The notes beneath the pieces were generated by a model. It was given only the letters and a program-made list of their open reading frames with translations, made no database searches and had not been told where the DNA came from. The position numbers were made by a program, and so were the translations under genes. Source: Atractiella rhizophila (lineage: Eukaryota). Taken from it: 58,570 nucleotides of DNA. Each line of letters starts with the position of its first letter. Within the stretch, counting starts at the first letter, position 1. Below, in pieces: positions 1 to 13,209 of the stretch. The stretch spans positions 139,866 through 198,435 of the forward strand of contig MU271190.1 of the NCBI GenBank assembly GCA_021432655.1, written 5' to 3'.

Positions 1-3000
1 AGCGAGAGAGGCAAGAGGTGTGGCGAGGATTACGGGAAAGTGGGATAGGTCGGATGGATCTATTGAGACTGGTGCAGGACGGCGCTTACTGCTTCCTCTA
101 ACTGCCCTCTCGCTTCGTAGCCTTAGCCTCGGCAGTGAAGGTAAGTCAGGACGCTGAGAGAGTGGAGCAGTGCTGAGGCGGGAGCGGGACGGGGTTGCAG
201 GGGGAGAGGGGCGATGGCTACCAGGGTGACGGGGGAGAAACCTAATACCTATGTCAGTAAACGCAAATGCAAAAGAGGAAGAGGGAATGGGACGGTACCT
301 CTTCGCTCGTACACTCTGCCCCTTCAATCCCTATGCACCATTCTGTTGGCAATGCATCTTATTCCCTCCGTTCTTCCCGTTATTGTACTCGTCCATTCAT
401 CACTTGCGCACACCCTCGCTACCGTCTACCCTCCCTGCGCCTCCCCACCCGGTCGAGCCTGCCTGCTCTGTCACCAGCTGTCGAAGTATTTCGGTTCGTA
501 CCGACTCCATCACCCGTAGCCTAGGAAGAGTCCATCAGCAAAAGAGGGCGGTGGGGGATAGCTGCGGTGACGAGTGCTGTGGAGGAGAGAGAGGATCCGG
601 AGGAGATGACGAAGGAGGCTGGGACAGGAGAGGGACACCAGCACTATCCACAGTGAAGGAGACCAGCGAGACGCAAGCGAGGTGAAGCATGGGGCTGATG
701 AAAGAAACGGCTAGCTCAGAGCGAGAAAGCGGGAAGGGCGGCGGACTCGGAGATCGAGAGACGATGGAGGACGTTCGGAGACGGTGGAGTAGTGACTGCT
801 GGCGGAGGCGGAGGAGAAAGGACTGCCAGTGATGCCGGTCCCAACTCATCACACGTCGGGATCGGGACGCGTCGCGTTCACACTGACTCACATATTCCCA
901 AGTGGAGTACCCCCATGGCATCAGCTCAGAAACAAGAAAACAAATAAAGGTCAGAGAAATGAAGAACTCACTTCCCCAAGCCTCTCGCGCACCCACCGAA
1001 GGCTCTCAATCATCGTCCAGATCATCGTCAGCGTCTGTTGAAGACTTCCACTGGTCATCAAGGAAAGTGGTGGACGCAGGTTGCGAATTGCGCGCGCCCT
1101 GCGACCATGGCATCATCTGGGGGGGGTCGTACTAGGTAAGTGCTGACTCACGAGACGCCAGTCTGTCTTCCTTTTCAAATGATGGATGCAGGATCCTCGC
1201 AAAGGCGTCTGTGATTCCGACGTCCACAAATGGGAAGATCGCGGATTTCAGCGTCAAAGTAGCTATGGTCACAAAACTGCCGGCGTAGTCGTTGCTGGGA
1301 CGTTCCACCTCTCCCCTCTCGTCTCTCATCCACTTGCGACATGAACACGGTTTGGCCCCAAAGTCACACCACTCAAGAAGGGAGATCGCGTCGAGCTTGA
1401 GCCAGGAGAGAGAGAGACTCTTAGGACTGTTACGACTGCAAAGCGGGAAAGTATCACCTATGCCCTTCGATCAAGTTCGCCACTACCCCTCCTTTTGTGA
1501 GTTTTCCTCTTCCTTCTATCCGCTCTATGGTACATGTTTGGGGTGCTAACTGCATTGGATGGCAGAACAGAACTCTCCAAGGTTCTACAAGCTCCCAGGC
1601 GACCTGTACGACCGCTTTGTCTCGTCTACTCCTCTCTCCGATCGCTCACTTGTCATGTCTATGCTGGAGTGCCTGCAAACTTCAGAGTGTGTGTTTCATT
1701 CCCTCTGCTCCCATGGAGTATCTTGTGTAACGAAACGGACTGAGAAGAACGTTCCCTAGAAGAAGACGTGATGGTCAAACCGCCCATGGCCGTCCAAAGC
1801 GTGGCAAGCATCACTGGATGAAAGCTGTGTTGAACGTCGCCATCTGATCTGCGGGTTCGTCTCCCTGCCCCTACTCCTCCTCTATCTGTTGAATAACGAA
1901 CAATAACGTTGTTGTGAAGCGCTGATCCCGTTGGACTCCTCGCACGGTCAGTCGCGAGATGCTCGAAAGATGATCGCCATCGACATCCAAGAGTGTAAGC
2001 TGGCTTTCGACTATGTGGTCTCGGAGGAATCGTTCCTCCTAACGTGCGTTTAATTCTCAGCTCTCTTATGCGTGTTCTGTCTTACCTTTCTTGTTTGCAT
2101 GTAGCAGGTTCATGATCGTGTTTAGCAGGTTGGAGGAGGTTCGCCATGATCATGAAGGAGGAGTTCAATTGCAGTCAGTGGATTAGAGGGTATTCACCTA
2201 GTCGTATATTGCGCAGGAGCTGAAGTCCGTTTCTCCTTGCTGTCCATCCCGCATTTCGGATCCGTTGTATTAACACTGATGCATGAAGTGGAACATGCGT
2301 GCATGCCGACGGCCCTCCACCTCGTCAACGCAAGGACTTTGTCCAGCAGCCCATCACCGCCATCCTCACCAAGATGGTGTCCATCAAGGATTCCTTCCGG
2401 TGAGTCCTCGATGATGATTCGTTGTCGACGCGAAAGGAGAGGACGGAGAGGACACGACCAAGGGCATCATCGATGGTTGGATACGACGATGATTGACTGT
2501 TGCAACTCTTGGCCTTGGCATGAAGGAATCAAGGGAATGTACTACCAAATGTGTTGATAACAATGTTGTACCATTTCTTCGATTGTCGAGTGCAGCTCCT
2601 TTCTCCTTTTACTCAGAATGAGATTTTTGGCTTGAGGCTAAAGGATCCCCAATCACACAGAAGTGAGCACAATGAAATGTATTATGATGTGATTGGGGAA
2701 AGAAAATATGGATTCCCAGGTGCCTCCTTATAAGACCGGACTTGCGCTGAAATGCCACATGTTTGCGTCTGCATCGGAACGCGCGGCAAACACCTCAACA
2801 CGCTTCATATCTCCAACCTCAGCCACTGAGACCTGAGCTAAGGGTAAAAAACTGATGAGTATGCAGCGCATGACCATGGTTTCCGAGAGGTACAACTCTT
2901 CCACGCGTTTTTACAGGGGATCGGCAGAAGTGCTGCGAGGAGAGAAGCTATCCTTAAAAATACACACCGAAAACGTTACGATCCTCTTACGCACATCCAC

Positions 3001-3413
3001 TATCCAAGGTTTAGAAACAAATAAAGCTGTAAAGGTCCGCATGCCTCTCTAAGGCTCAACGGCAAACCTCTCTCGCCATCCATCCTCATCCATCTTCATG
3101 TCCCTTTCCTCCTGATCCCGAAAAACCAATGCATAAACTTGAGAAACCGAACACATCCAGACAAAATGATGTCGGTATGATTTGTAGTGTGGAAAGAACG
3201 TCGAGCATGAGGCGTCAAGTACAAGGGAGGCGAGCTTGGCAGGTGCAGTAATAAAGGGGGAAGGGATGGACGGATGTCATTGTCCCGAACGAATTCCAGT
3301 CCTGTTCTTAGTCACCCATTTTCAATGCTGTGTTAGATGGAGAGGGATACGAACTGCGCACCTTCTTATCGCGTCTTGTCTAGAACGCGCATGAAATCTG
3401 AGAATCTCCCGCA

Positions 3414-5208
3414 TCACCACTCCCCACTTTCCAAAACCCATGTATATTTGTCCTCCTCGCTCACACCAAACTCTTTCAACGTGCTCCTAGCTTCGAATAT
3501 CTGTTCCTCAAGCCACCCTCCAAAAAATAGTTCAACACTCAACTCGCGTCCTTCAGCACCATCCACCGTATCCTCCTCCTGGTTCACCCCCCTGTCCCCA
3601 AAGAACCAGCGGATGAACTCTGGGAATACGAACCCAGTGAATGCCCAGTCGACCACACAGTACCAAACACGTATGCAATTTATCGCTTCGGCATTTCTGA
3701 GGGTTTGAAACAACTCGGGGGAAACGAGGTTTGAGGTTTCCTCACCGCCGTTGAGGATGAGGCTGGTGAGGTGTTGGAGGTGTGACAAGTCGAGTGGAGT
3801 TGTTAGAATGGAGATCTTTCCATCAGGCCAGTAGGGAGCAAGCGTGATCTGGAGCACCGCTAGAAGAGGCGGTAGACGGGGGCTGAAGATGGAGGGAGGG
3901 AGGGGACACAGATTGGAGAGAATCAGGGTTGTGACGGTGGGTGGGAGAGACAGCGATGAGAGTGGCGGGTATGTATCAAGCCATAGACTTTGGAGGTCAG
4001 ATGATAATTGAAGGCCTGGTGATGTTGACGAGGCAGAGTCCTCCACGTCGTGAGCATAGAATCTTCTGATCCTGTCACCCCTCCTCCGCATAAAATTCTC
4101 GACCTCATCCTTCTTCCACTTTCTCGGACCTCGCTCTCCAAAGGTTACGAAATCCAACCTCGTCAAGCCTTCAATCGCATGCAACACAACCTTCGCCTCC
4201 TCTCCATTCCAAAATGCATCCATCTCCACCTCCGTAACATTTGGCGCGCCAACGATGACATCTTTCGCCATTTCAGCGCTGATGTGATCGTCAGGCACTC
4301 TCACAAACCGGAGGAGTTTCCACAAACGTCCAGCATAAGGATACTGTTTCAAACGAGCATGCCTCTCCTTTATAGAATGAAAGTCATCCAAATATGGGAC
4401 TGAAACAGCGTTCCAGAGCCGACAGACAGCAGAAAGTCGCTTGAAGGAAACAAGCCTTTTATAAATAAATAGTCTGAGCATTTCGGTTTTGTCGAATGAA
4501 AGAAACTCGAAGATGAGTGAGAGGATTTCAGTAGGAATGTTTGCGATTGTGCATGAACTGAGCCCTGGAGTTCGAGTTGAGCACAGCGAGAGTTGGATGG
4601 CGGTCCCCCGACCGGTGGATGGAATGCTTGCTCCTTCCCATTCGGTAGTGGGAACGAAATGCTCACCGGAGCGTAGGGCGACGAGGTCGAAGATGGCTTC
4701 AGAGCGATTATCTGGAACACGTAGCGTGCAGGTGAACGGCTTCACGTCCAGGTCGTCCGGATTCACGGATGCATGATGTTTGGAATCCCGGAAGGTTACC
4801 ATAATACTTTCGTTCTCCAGCGCGATGCAAAGTTTTACTGCGCCGTTGGGTTCGACTTCATTTTCAAGACCTTCCAGAGAGAAGGAGAACAATTTCGACG
4901 ACGTGATGCTCCAGAATCGAAGAGGCAAGACAAATGTGATCCGGATTGTGTGGATCGAGGGTGATAGGCGAGCAATGAAAGAGGGAAGAATGGACAGATG
5001 TAGCGGACTGTCATGTCGTACTGTTCTGGGGGTAATGAGATGAACCAGTGCTGTTCCCTGATCATCCTCCCGTGAAATCAATGTTTCCTTCTCAACCCTT
5101 GGCAGAGAAGATACGCTGGACTGAAGCCCACAAATTCATGTTAAATGCGACAAGAGGAGGGGAAAGATCATATCATGCCTCCAGCGCATCAACGTGTTGT
5201 CCAGCCAT
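3414..5208 (-). CDS. F-box-like / LRR-like protein, copy 1 (~578 aa; exons 5208-5179 and 5120-3414)
   Basis: 555-aa open frame with F-box-like IPTEILSLIFEFLS...LSAVCRLWNAVS followed by ~10 LxxLxL-type strands. The ORF-track start is TTG. An ATG exon (MAGQHVDALE) splices in frame through a 58-nt GC-AG intron (5178-5121). Confidence 0.85.
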
Positions 5209-5347
5209 CTCAACGTTCTCCACGCAATGATCAGACGTCAGGATGGAGATCGCAAAACTGTTCGTAAGAGTCTGTGGATTAGGCAACAGTTTGCAATTAG
5301 GTCACATTAGGATGGTGTTGGGTGTGGAAGAAGTTGGCGTCCGGACA

Positions 5348-5459
5348 TTGAAGGCTTTAGTTCTCTAGCACTTGACTATCAGATATTGCCACAGGAAATC
5401 CTAAAATATGTAAAAGAACTGAAATCCTTTGCAATACTAGTACCTAAATTACACTGCAA
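5348..5459. promoter_or_regulatory. Highly conserved AT-rich non-coding block upstream of F-box/LRR copy 1
   Basis: Near-identical copies lie at 12628-12738 and 19692-19797, each ~140-250 nt upstream of the predicted ATG. Indels between copies argue against coding. A regulatory role is inferred. Confidence 0.45.
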
Positions 5460-8400
5460 TTCGAACGAGAGGTAGAGCAGAACGGTTTGACATTGATGCT
5501 TGATTCCGTAATGATCTGATTGTGAAACGGAAGGCTAGGTAGGGCTGGGGCAGTTAGGGAGGTCAGTTTGCAATCAGGATGACAGGGAGGCAGAGGAAGC
5601 TACTTGCGAGAACATAGATGACACTTGAGTCAGTAGCCGGAGACCAGATGGATGGAGGTGAAGGCTTAGGAGCACGAGAGGGACGGACCTGGATGTCCAC
5701 TTGTGGCCCTGATCTAAACTGTCCCCATTGTCCTCCTCTCTCTCCATCAGACATTTCATTGTTGACCCATGCTTCGTACGAAGCAAGCGTCGGTCGACGG
5801 TGGTCCATGTAGTGCGAGCCGGAGTGCGACAGAAAGTGAAGGATGAGGTGGAGAGAGAATAGGAGGGCGGATGGAACAGAGGGCATAGAACCGCGACGGA
5901 CGGCTAGGGAGTGGGAGCAGAGGTGCGAGAAACTGCGAAGCGTCCTTCGGACGTCCTCTGTTGATTACGAAGGGCTATAGGGGGCAGAGTGATGATGGGT
6001 GTGGTGAGTAAGCGAGGAACCTAATTCCTAGTTCAGTAACCGCGATTGCAAAAAGAGGAGAAGGGGAGGGGAAGGTCACCTCTTTCTCTAGTAACTCTTT
6101 GTACTATGTAGGGCTTTTAGCCTTCCCTTGATCCATTCCCCTGTTTCGCACTTTTTTTCTCTCCTTCTTGCCCTGCACTGCCCATCGGTTACCTGCTGTT
6201 CACAGTCTCTTTCGCTGGTTAGCAGCGCAGGCACTTCCTTCTCGGTCAGTGCCGTCCGTCATGGACCAGGCTCAAGGTGTCATGTCTTTCCATCTGTGTC
6301 AACTTCACCTTCCATTACCACCCATTCTGTTCACAATGCATCTTGAGATCTTCCCCTTCCTTCCTCTCCCTGATTGCCTTGTCCATTCATCACTTGCTCA
6401 CACCAGTGCAACCGACTACATCATCCTTCGCGTGTGGGAAGGGCACATGAGCAAAAGCGGGCGGTGGAAGGTAGCTACGGCTAAAGAGGATGTGGAGGGT
6501 AGCGGAGCTGAAGGATGCCGGAGTAGGCTGAAACAGGAGAGGGACACCAAACCAGCCAGAGCGAAGGAGACTGGACAAAGAGAGGACGCAATAGAGTGGA
6601 GAGGAGTACTGCATGACAGCTCAGAGCGGGAAGGAGGGAAGGACGGCGGAGGGAGGGCGGAAGACGTGAAGCACAGCGGTGTGAGATGAGACGTATGCTG
6701 CCTAGCCGGAACAGGGTCCCTTTGCAAGATTCTTGTCCAATGTCCGTAAAATACTTGTAGGTGCTGGAAGTTGATTAGAAAGGCGAACCACCGTGTTCAA
6801 ACCGTTTTCGTGTGGTTGCACTGCTGTGTCTTGAGCATTGCTAAATCGTTGCAGACAAACTAAACTTGGCCAGCAGCCGATCACGACCGTCCCGAAATTG
6901 GTACATTGTTGTCGAATCATTGTCCCACTAATGTCAACTCCAATGACAGTTATCTGCGCTCGTCAACGATTGCTCCATGCTTGCTAGCTTATGTGTCAAG
7001 GAGGTGAGAAGAGCTTTTCTATAGTCCTCCAACTGAATTAAAACTGATGCCAATTGGCTTAGGTCGCCCATCATTGATGCATCATCCGTCTACAGTTGCC
7101 ACATCATTCATGGACTTGCCCATCGTTGATCACTCCTTCAGAAACAATGAACCACTGCGATCACTGATGCATTCATGATGGTTAGTGCTTCTTATTTCAT
7201 TGTCAATGATGTACTGACTCTGATGGGAAGCGAGGCATATCATTGTCAACATCGAAAACGATAGAATAACGAAACATCTGTGTCCACAATCCTCGGTCAA
7301 CGATGCTGCAGCTGTATTGCAGGAGTAGTTCAATGTTAGGAAATATGTCAGAAGTGAAGGAGATAGAGATGAAGCACTGAGGTACCTTGGAGCATCGCTT
7401 CCAAGGAAATGCAATAATGGTACGCTGTCTCTCAGAGCTGAACTGGTACGCATTCTTCCTCTCTCTAGCTAGTGTGGCCTTGCACGTGAGGTTGCCGAAA
7501 GTTGGACTTCTGATGAGATTTGGCGTCAAAGAAACGACGACTTGCCCTTCCCTCTCCATCCTCTCCTTCACGAGCCTTTCCCTTCTAATTCCAGTCACAG
7601 TGTGCAACAACTCGCCTCCTAGGACGTCACTCTTTGTCTAGACATCCCCCCTCCCCAGCCCTCCCCCTCGATTGAATTAAGATGAGCATGAAGACCCCGA
7701 TGGCCATGATCAGCAGTTCAGAATAGGAAGCTTTACGAACGTTGAAGAACGCCTTGCCAGGATTGTGCTGTAAAGCAAGGGTGGGAGGTATGTTCTTCAA
7801 GTATTTGGAGCGTGTGGCAAGCAGGAAGCATGAATGCTGGACATGAAGATTCACGAGCTGGACTCATCTTTTAACCACAGGATCGCACTTCACGTGACAA
7901 GTTCATCCTCATTTTTCGCGTGAGCAGTTTCTTTCTTCTGTCATTACCTGGTATTGAGGTTTGCACGTAGTGTTACCATTAGATTAACCCGTTGCTGTGC
8001 AATGTGAGTCTCCCTGCTCGCTTTCGCTTATCTAACCAGCCTGTTTTAGAAGTATTGAAAGTTCCTACACTGGCTTCTTTCTTTTACATTTTGCCTCAAG
8101 GCCTTGGATCAGGTGCGCCTTGCTTGCTCTCCGTCGCGACTTGCATTCAACTTTTGTTCTCTAGCCATCCCATGTCATCTATGACTCACCATCTCCTACT
8201 GTATCGAATGACCGCTCGCATCCCCTCCACTCAGCTCCTGACCTCTCCACGACAGTTAGCAACGATTGGAGGATGTGGGGACAACTGGAGGCTGCAGGAA
8301 AGTAGCAGATGGGAAATCGTGAAGGGGATGTGAGGCGAGGCAGAAGGAGGATGTAAGGAACAGGAGGAGCGACAGGGAGAGAAACAGGCTGTAGTAAAGG

Positions 8401-10667
8401 TGGTATACAAAAATTCAAGCGATTTCAACCAAATCTGAATGTGCTGGTGCCATCTTGGGGTCGAATGTTTAAGAAATTATCAGACCTTGAAAATTGTTAT
8501 TTCGGATCTCATGCTATGGCTTCACGGTTTTTATATAATCTTACAACTGTTTTCAAGTAGCGACAATCTTTGTTCAAGCATCCTCGAGCCGCAAAAGCAT
8601 TGCCAAGATGTGGTTACTTAGCCATCACTCGCTGATGATTAATACATTATCTCTCAGAATGGTTGAAGTATGGTTTGTTCATTGGCCAACTATTGTCGAT
8701 CCCAGACCATGGTGCTTGGTCGACGTCGATGATTTTCACGGTTGGCAATAGTTGGAGAAGGATCTTAAAAAGAGCCCAGTTCCGGCTAGGTGTTCGTAGT
8801 TTTCGGGGGGGACTAACCGAAAACTCGTTCGCTTTCGCTTTCACCAGTCATATTCGCGACGCGGCGCGTTCCGAATGCGCAAGATCTCACCACAGCCGTC
8901 TGTCATCTTTTTCTTCCTTGCAACTCAAATGATGGAAGCAGGATCCACGCACGTAGTAGTCGACGAAAGCTGGGTTGAACGTCGCCATCTGCGGGTTCGT
9001 CTTCCTCTTCTTCTGCTCTACCGGCAAAAGAAAAATACCAATGGTGTTGTGAAGAGCCGAGCTAGTAGGAGTCCTCGCACAGGCAGTCGGGAAGGCGTTG
9101 GCGCCGTAGAAAGAGAATCGCCGTCGACAGTCATAAGCGGCAGGCTGGCTTCGCAAATATGTATGTGGGATTAGAGACTTCATTCCTCCCAAACGTGCGT
9201 CCAACTCTAACGTCTCTTATGCATGGCTTGTCTCACGTTTACGTTTCCTTTGCCCGCCGTGTTTTTGCGTTTGTGGTTTAGTGAAGGAGGGAGAGCAGAG
9301 GATAGCGTACTCGAGGAAGACGACGGGGATCATGAAGGAGGAGTTCAAGGTTGCATACTAGGGATTGGAGGGTATCGACCTCCCCGTAGACTGCATGGGG
9401 GCGAGGTGCGTTTGTCCTTGCTTTCCATCCGACATTTTGAAGATTGATGTACTGATGGTGATAGATGGACGAGAACAGACGTGCATTCAGGCCGTCTACC
9501 TTGTCAAGGACGGCAGAATGTACGCCGAAGCCGGAATAGGCAACGAGTTCGTCCAGGCGCCCCCATCACTGCCATCCTCACGAAGGATGTGACCGTCAAC
9601 AGTTTTTCCAGGTCCGACCTCCCTTCTACCTCTTGCACTATAACTTTGCTCTGACGCTTCGTACTTATTGATTTGCTCAATGAATACGAACCGGGTGTTC
9701 GGAGCAAGCACTAGGGGCTCGTAGACTGCTGAGACGCTCATCACACATCGCTTTATATTCAAAAATGCAATCCGCGCTTTTAGGACCGCTCAGGTTCGTC
9801 TCTCCCTTCTCCTGTGATGTTCTGAGGTTGACACTGGGTGATGAACGCTTCTAGGAAGCGAAGGCAGAGGATGAAGAGAACGCAATCACGACCATGCTTT
9901 ACGGGTACGACGATGACCGAACCTCGTAGAATGAAGAATGCTTAAATGGAACTCTTTGGGCAAAGATTAAGGAATGAAGGACAACAAGATGGGAACTTTG
10001 TACTTCGACAAGGGGCTGAAGGAATTCCATTGTCGACATTGTTGTACTACGTCTTCGACCTCTGACGGCAGATCCTTCTGTTCCCCCAATTAGTCCATCG
10101 TCGGAACGCAAGAGTCATCGTCAACGGTGAGAACAGCTTAAGCCACATTGTGACACTCTCGAGGCGGAATTTGGTATCTTAAACCTTTTACAGGGAATCA
10201 GCAGAATTGTTTGCATAAAAGTAGACACACATGATACACAGCAAGCATCCCCCTCATGAATGCGAATGCCCTCATACCTATTCAAGGAACTAAATAATCC
10301 TTCCCCCCTCCTCCCCATCCATCATTGTCCATATCCCACTTCGATAAACTTTGGGAAACCGAATCACTCCGGGCAGTAGGACATACGAAAACTTTAACCA
10401 CATTGGGCTCTAACGGTGCGTGCAGAAGGATTTGGTGTGAACGGGGTTGAAGATTCCTTGCAATTGTCGAGCGTGGAGTGTTGGGCACGAGGGAGGAGAG
10501 ACATGCGACATCTAATATGATGAATAGCGTTCGGGGATGGATGATCGACATCGTCCTAAACGAATCCCTATCATTTGAATTCTGTGTCCAATAGAGAGAG
10601 ATACGAACTCCTCACCTTCTTCTCCTGTCTTCCCTAGACTGTGAATCAAATCTGAGTATCTCGAGCA

Positions 10668-12481
10668 TCACTCCTCACCACCTTCTTGAACCCATGTGAA
10701 TTCGTTGAATTCGTCCTCCTCGTCTACAAACTCACTCAACGTGCTCCTAGCCTTGCATATCTCTTCCTCAAGCCACCCTCCAAAGAATAGCTCAACCCTC
10801 AACCTGCGTACTCTCGTCGTCTTCACCTTTTCAGCTCCATCCTCCGTATCCCCCTCCTCCTTCATCCCCCTGTCCCCAAAGAACCAGCAGATGAAGTCTG
10901 AGAATACGAACCCTGTGAATTCCCAGTCCACCACACAGTACCGAACATCTATGTGTCTTATCGCTTTTGCATTTGTGAGGGTGTGGAAGAACTGGGGGGA
11001 AACGAGGTTTGAAGTTTCCTCACCGCCGTCGAGTTCGAGCCATGTGAGATGCTTGAGGTGCGAAAAGTCGAGCGGAGTAGGGAGGGTGGAGGTCTTTCCA
11101 TCAGGCGAGTAGGGGCGAGGGTGATCTTGAGATATTCAAGGAGAGGCGGCAGACAGGTGCCTGAGACGGAGGGAGGGAGGGGACACAGATTGGAGAGATT
11201 CAGCCATGTGAGGGTGAGTGGGAGGGAGATGGATGCGAGAGGTGGGTATGTGTGAAGCTCTAGTTCTTTGAGGTCAGATGATAATTGAAGGCCTGGCGAG
11301 GCAGAGTCCTCCACGTCGCAAGCACTGAAGGTTCTGATCCTGCCACCCATCCTCCGCACAAAATTCTCGACCTCATCCTTCTTCCACTTTCTCCAACGTT
11401 GCCCTCCAAACATTACGTCATCCAACCTCGTCAAGCTTTCAATCGCATGCAACACAGTCTTCGCCTCCTCTTCATTCCAAATTGCCTCCATCCGCACTGA
11501 TGTGACATTCGGAGAGCCAGCGATGACGTCTTTCGCCATCTCAACGCTGATGGGCTGGTTCTGAAACCGGAGGGATGTCCACAAATGCCCGGCATTAGGA
11601 TAAGCTGTCAAACGAGCGTGCTTCTCCTTCACAGAAACATGTTCACTCAAATATGGGGCTGAAACAGCCTTCCAAAGCTGACAGACGTCAGAAAGTCGCT
11701 CGAAGGAAACACGACGTCCAGTACCTTCTATAAGCTGCTCATAATTATGGATTGAAAGAAACTCGAAGATGAGTGAGAGGATCTCAGTAGGAAGGTGTGT
11801 GATACTGCATAAACTATTGCCTGTAGATTGAGTTGTGGAGAGGGAGAGTTGGATGGTTGTCCCCAGACCGGTGGATGGGATGGTTGATTCCTCCCATTCG
11901 CTGAGAGGAATGAAACACCGTTGCTCCTCGGAGTATAGGGCAACGGGTTCAAAGAGGTCCTGAGAGCGGTTATCTGAAAGATGAAAAGTGCATGTGAAGG
12001 GCATCCGAGACAGGTCCTCCATATCCACGGATGCAAGATATTTGGCATCCCCAAAAGTCACCGCAATACTTTCCTCCTCAACGCGATGCAAAGAATCGCT
12101 GTACCGTCGGGTTCGACTTCATTTTCGAGATCTGCCAGAGAGAAGTAGGATAATTTTGACGGCCCATAATCCTCGCTCCAGAATTCAAGAGGCAAGACAA
12201 ATGTGATCCGGAGCATGTGAATTGATGGAGGTAGGCGAGAAATGAAAGAGGGAAGAATGGAGAGGTGGATTGGAGTGCCATGTCGTAATGTTACTGGGTT
12301 GATGAGATGGACCAGTGCGATAGACTCTGTTCCCTGATCATCCTTTGGTGAAATCAACGGTTCCTTCTCAATGTTTCCGCGAGATGCACGGGACTGAAGC
12401 TCACGAATTCATGTCAGATGAGACGAGAGAAGGGGAAAGATCATATCATGCCTGCAGTGCATCTGCGCGTTGTCCAACCAT
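10668..12481 (-). pseudogene. F-box-like / LRR-like protein, copy 2, two 1-nt frameshifts (pseudogene or assembly error)
   Basis: ORFs 12058-12357, 10958-12091 and 10668-10934 join into a full-length paralog. Relative to copy 3, single bases are missing at ~12079 (CC>C) and 11112-11115 (G5>G4). Same GC-AG intron at 12451-12394. No in-frame stops seen. Confidence 0.8.
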
Positions 12482-12627
12482 CTCAACGTTCTCCGCGCAA
12501 TGATCAGACATCACGATCGTGAGGATGCAGAGCGCAAAACTGTACGTGGGAGCCGGTGGATTAGGCAACCGTTTGCAACTAGGTCGGATTAGGATGGTGT
12601 TGGGTGGAAGAAGTGGACGTCCGGACG

Positions 12628-12738
12628 TTGAAGGCTTTAGTTCTCTAGCACTTGACTACCAGATAGTGCCACAGGAAATCCTAAATATGTAAAAGAACTG
12701 AAATCCTTTGCAATACCAGTACCTAAATTACACTGCAA
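12628..12738. promoter_or_regulatory. Conserved non-coding block upstream of copy 2
   Basis: 3 substitutions and 1 indel versus 5348-5459. Confidence 0.45.
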
Positions 12739-12935
12739 GAGCTAGGCAGAACGCCTGATGTTGATGCTTGGTCTATATCTGATTGTGAGAGCAAAGGCTA
12801 GATGGGCTGGGACATTAGGGAGGGCAGTTAGCCATCAGGATGACAGAGGAGGCAGACGTGGCCACTTGCGAGAAGTTATATGACACTTGAGTCAGTAGGG
12901 GGAGATTAAAGGGATGGATGGCAGAGGCTTAGGAG

Positions 12936-13209
12936 TGATAAGATTATTAGTGCGTGGCGACGTATGAGACTGCAAGGTGCGAGACCGAAACAAGCAGTGT
13001 TAATATTGTAGTATATGTGTGATAAGTGAAATACATTACCTGCAAGGTGCGAGACCGAAACAAGCAGTGGGTCTCGCACTTGCAGGCCAATTCTTCTTAT
13101 AGCAAAGAAGGCTGAATAATAAGAAAGCGCGAGCAAAGATGAAAGAAAGCCTTAATACACACCAAACGTGATGGAAGGAGGAGGCGCAAGTGCTCCCGTG
13201 GCCCCATCA
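12936..13209. mobile_element. Solo LTR (274 bp)
   Basis: Termini TGAT...ATCA, flanked by the 5-bp duplication AGGAG (12931-12935 and 13210-13214). The homologous site in unit 1 is empty (GCTTAGGAGCACGAG, ~5664-5678). Confidence 0.88.

Noticed and set aside
1150..2070. A second protein-coding gene in each array unit (minus-strand peptides such as FTTTLL..QQIEEE*, MATFNxAF; also ~8900-9200, 16200-16500, 25150-25450)
   Set aside because: Every copy has stops and frameshifts, some shared. The peptide similarity is explained by DNA-level duplication and no family is recognisable.
12970..13086. CRISPR-like 30-bp repeat with a 40-bp spacer
   Set aside because: Only two copies, inside a solo LTR in a eukaryotic genome, with no cas genes.
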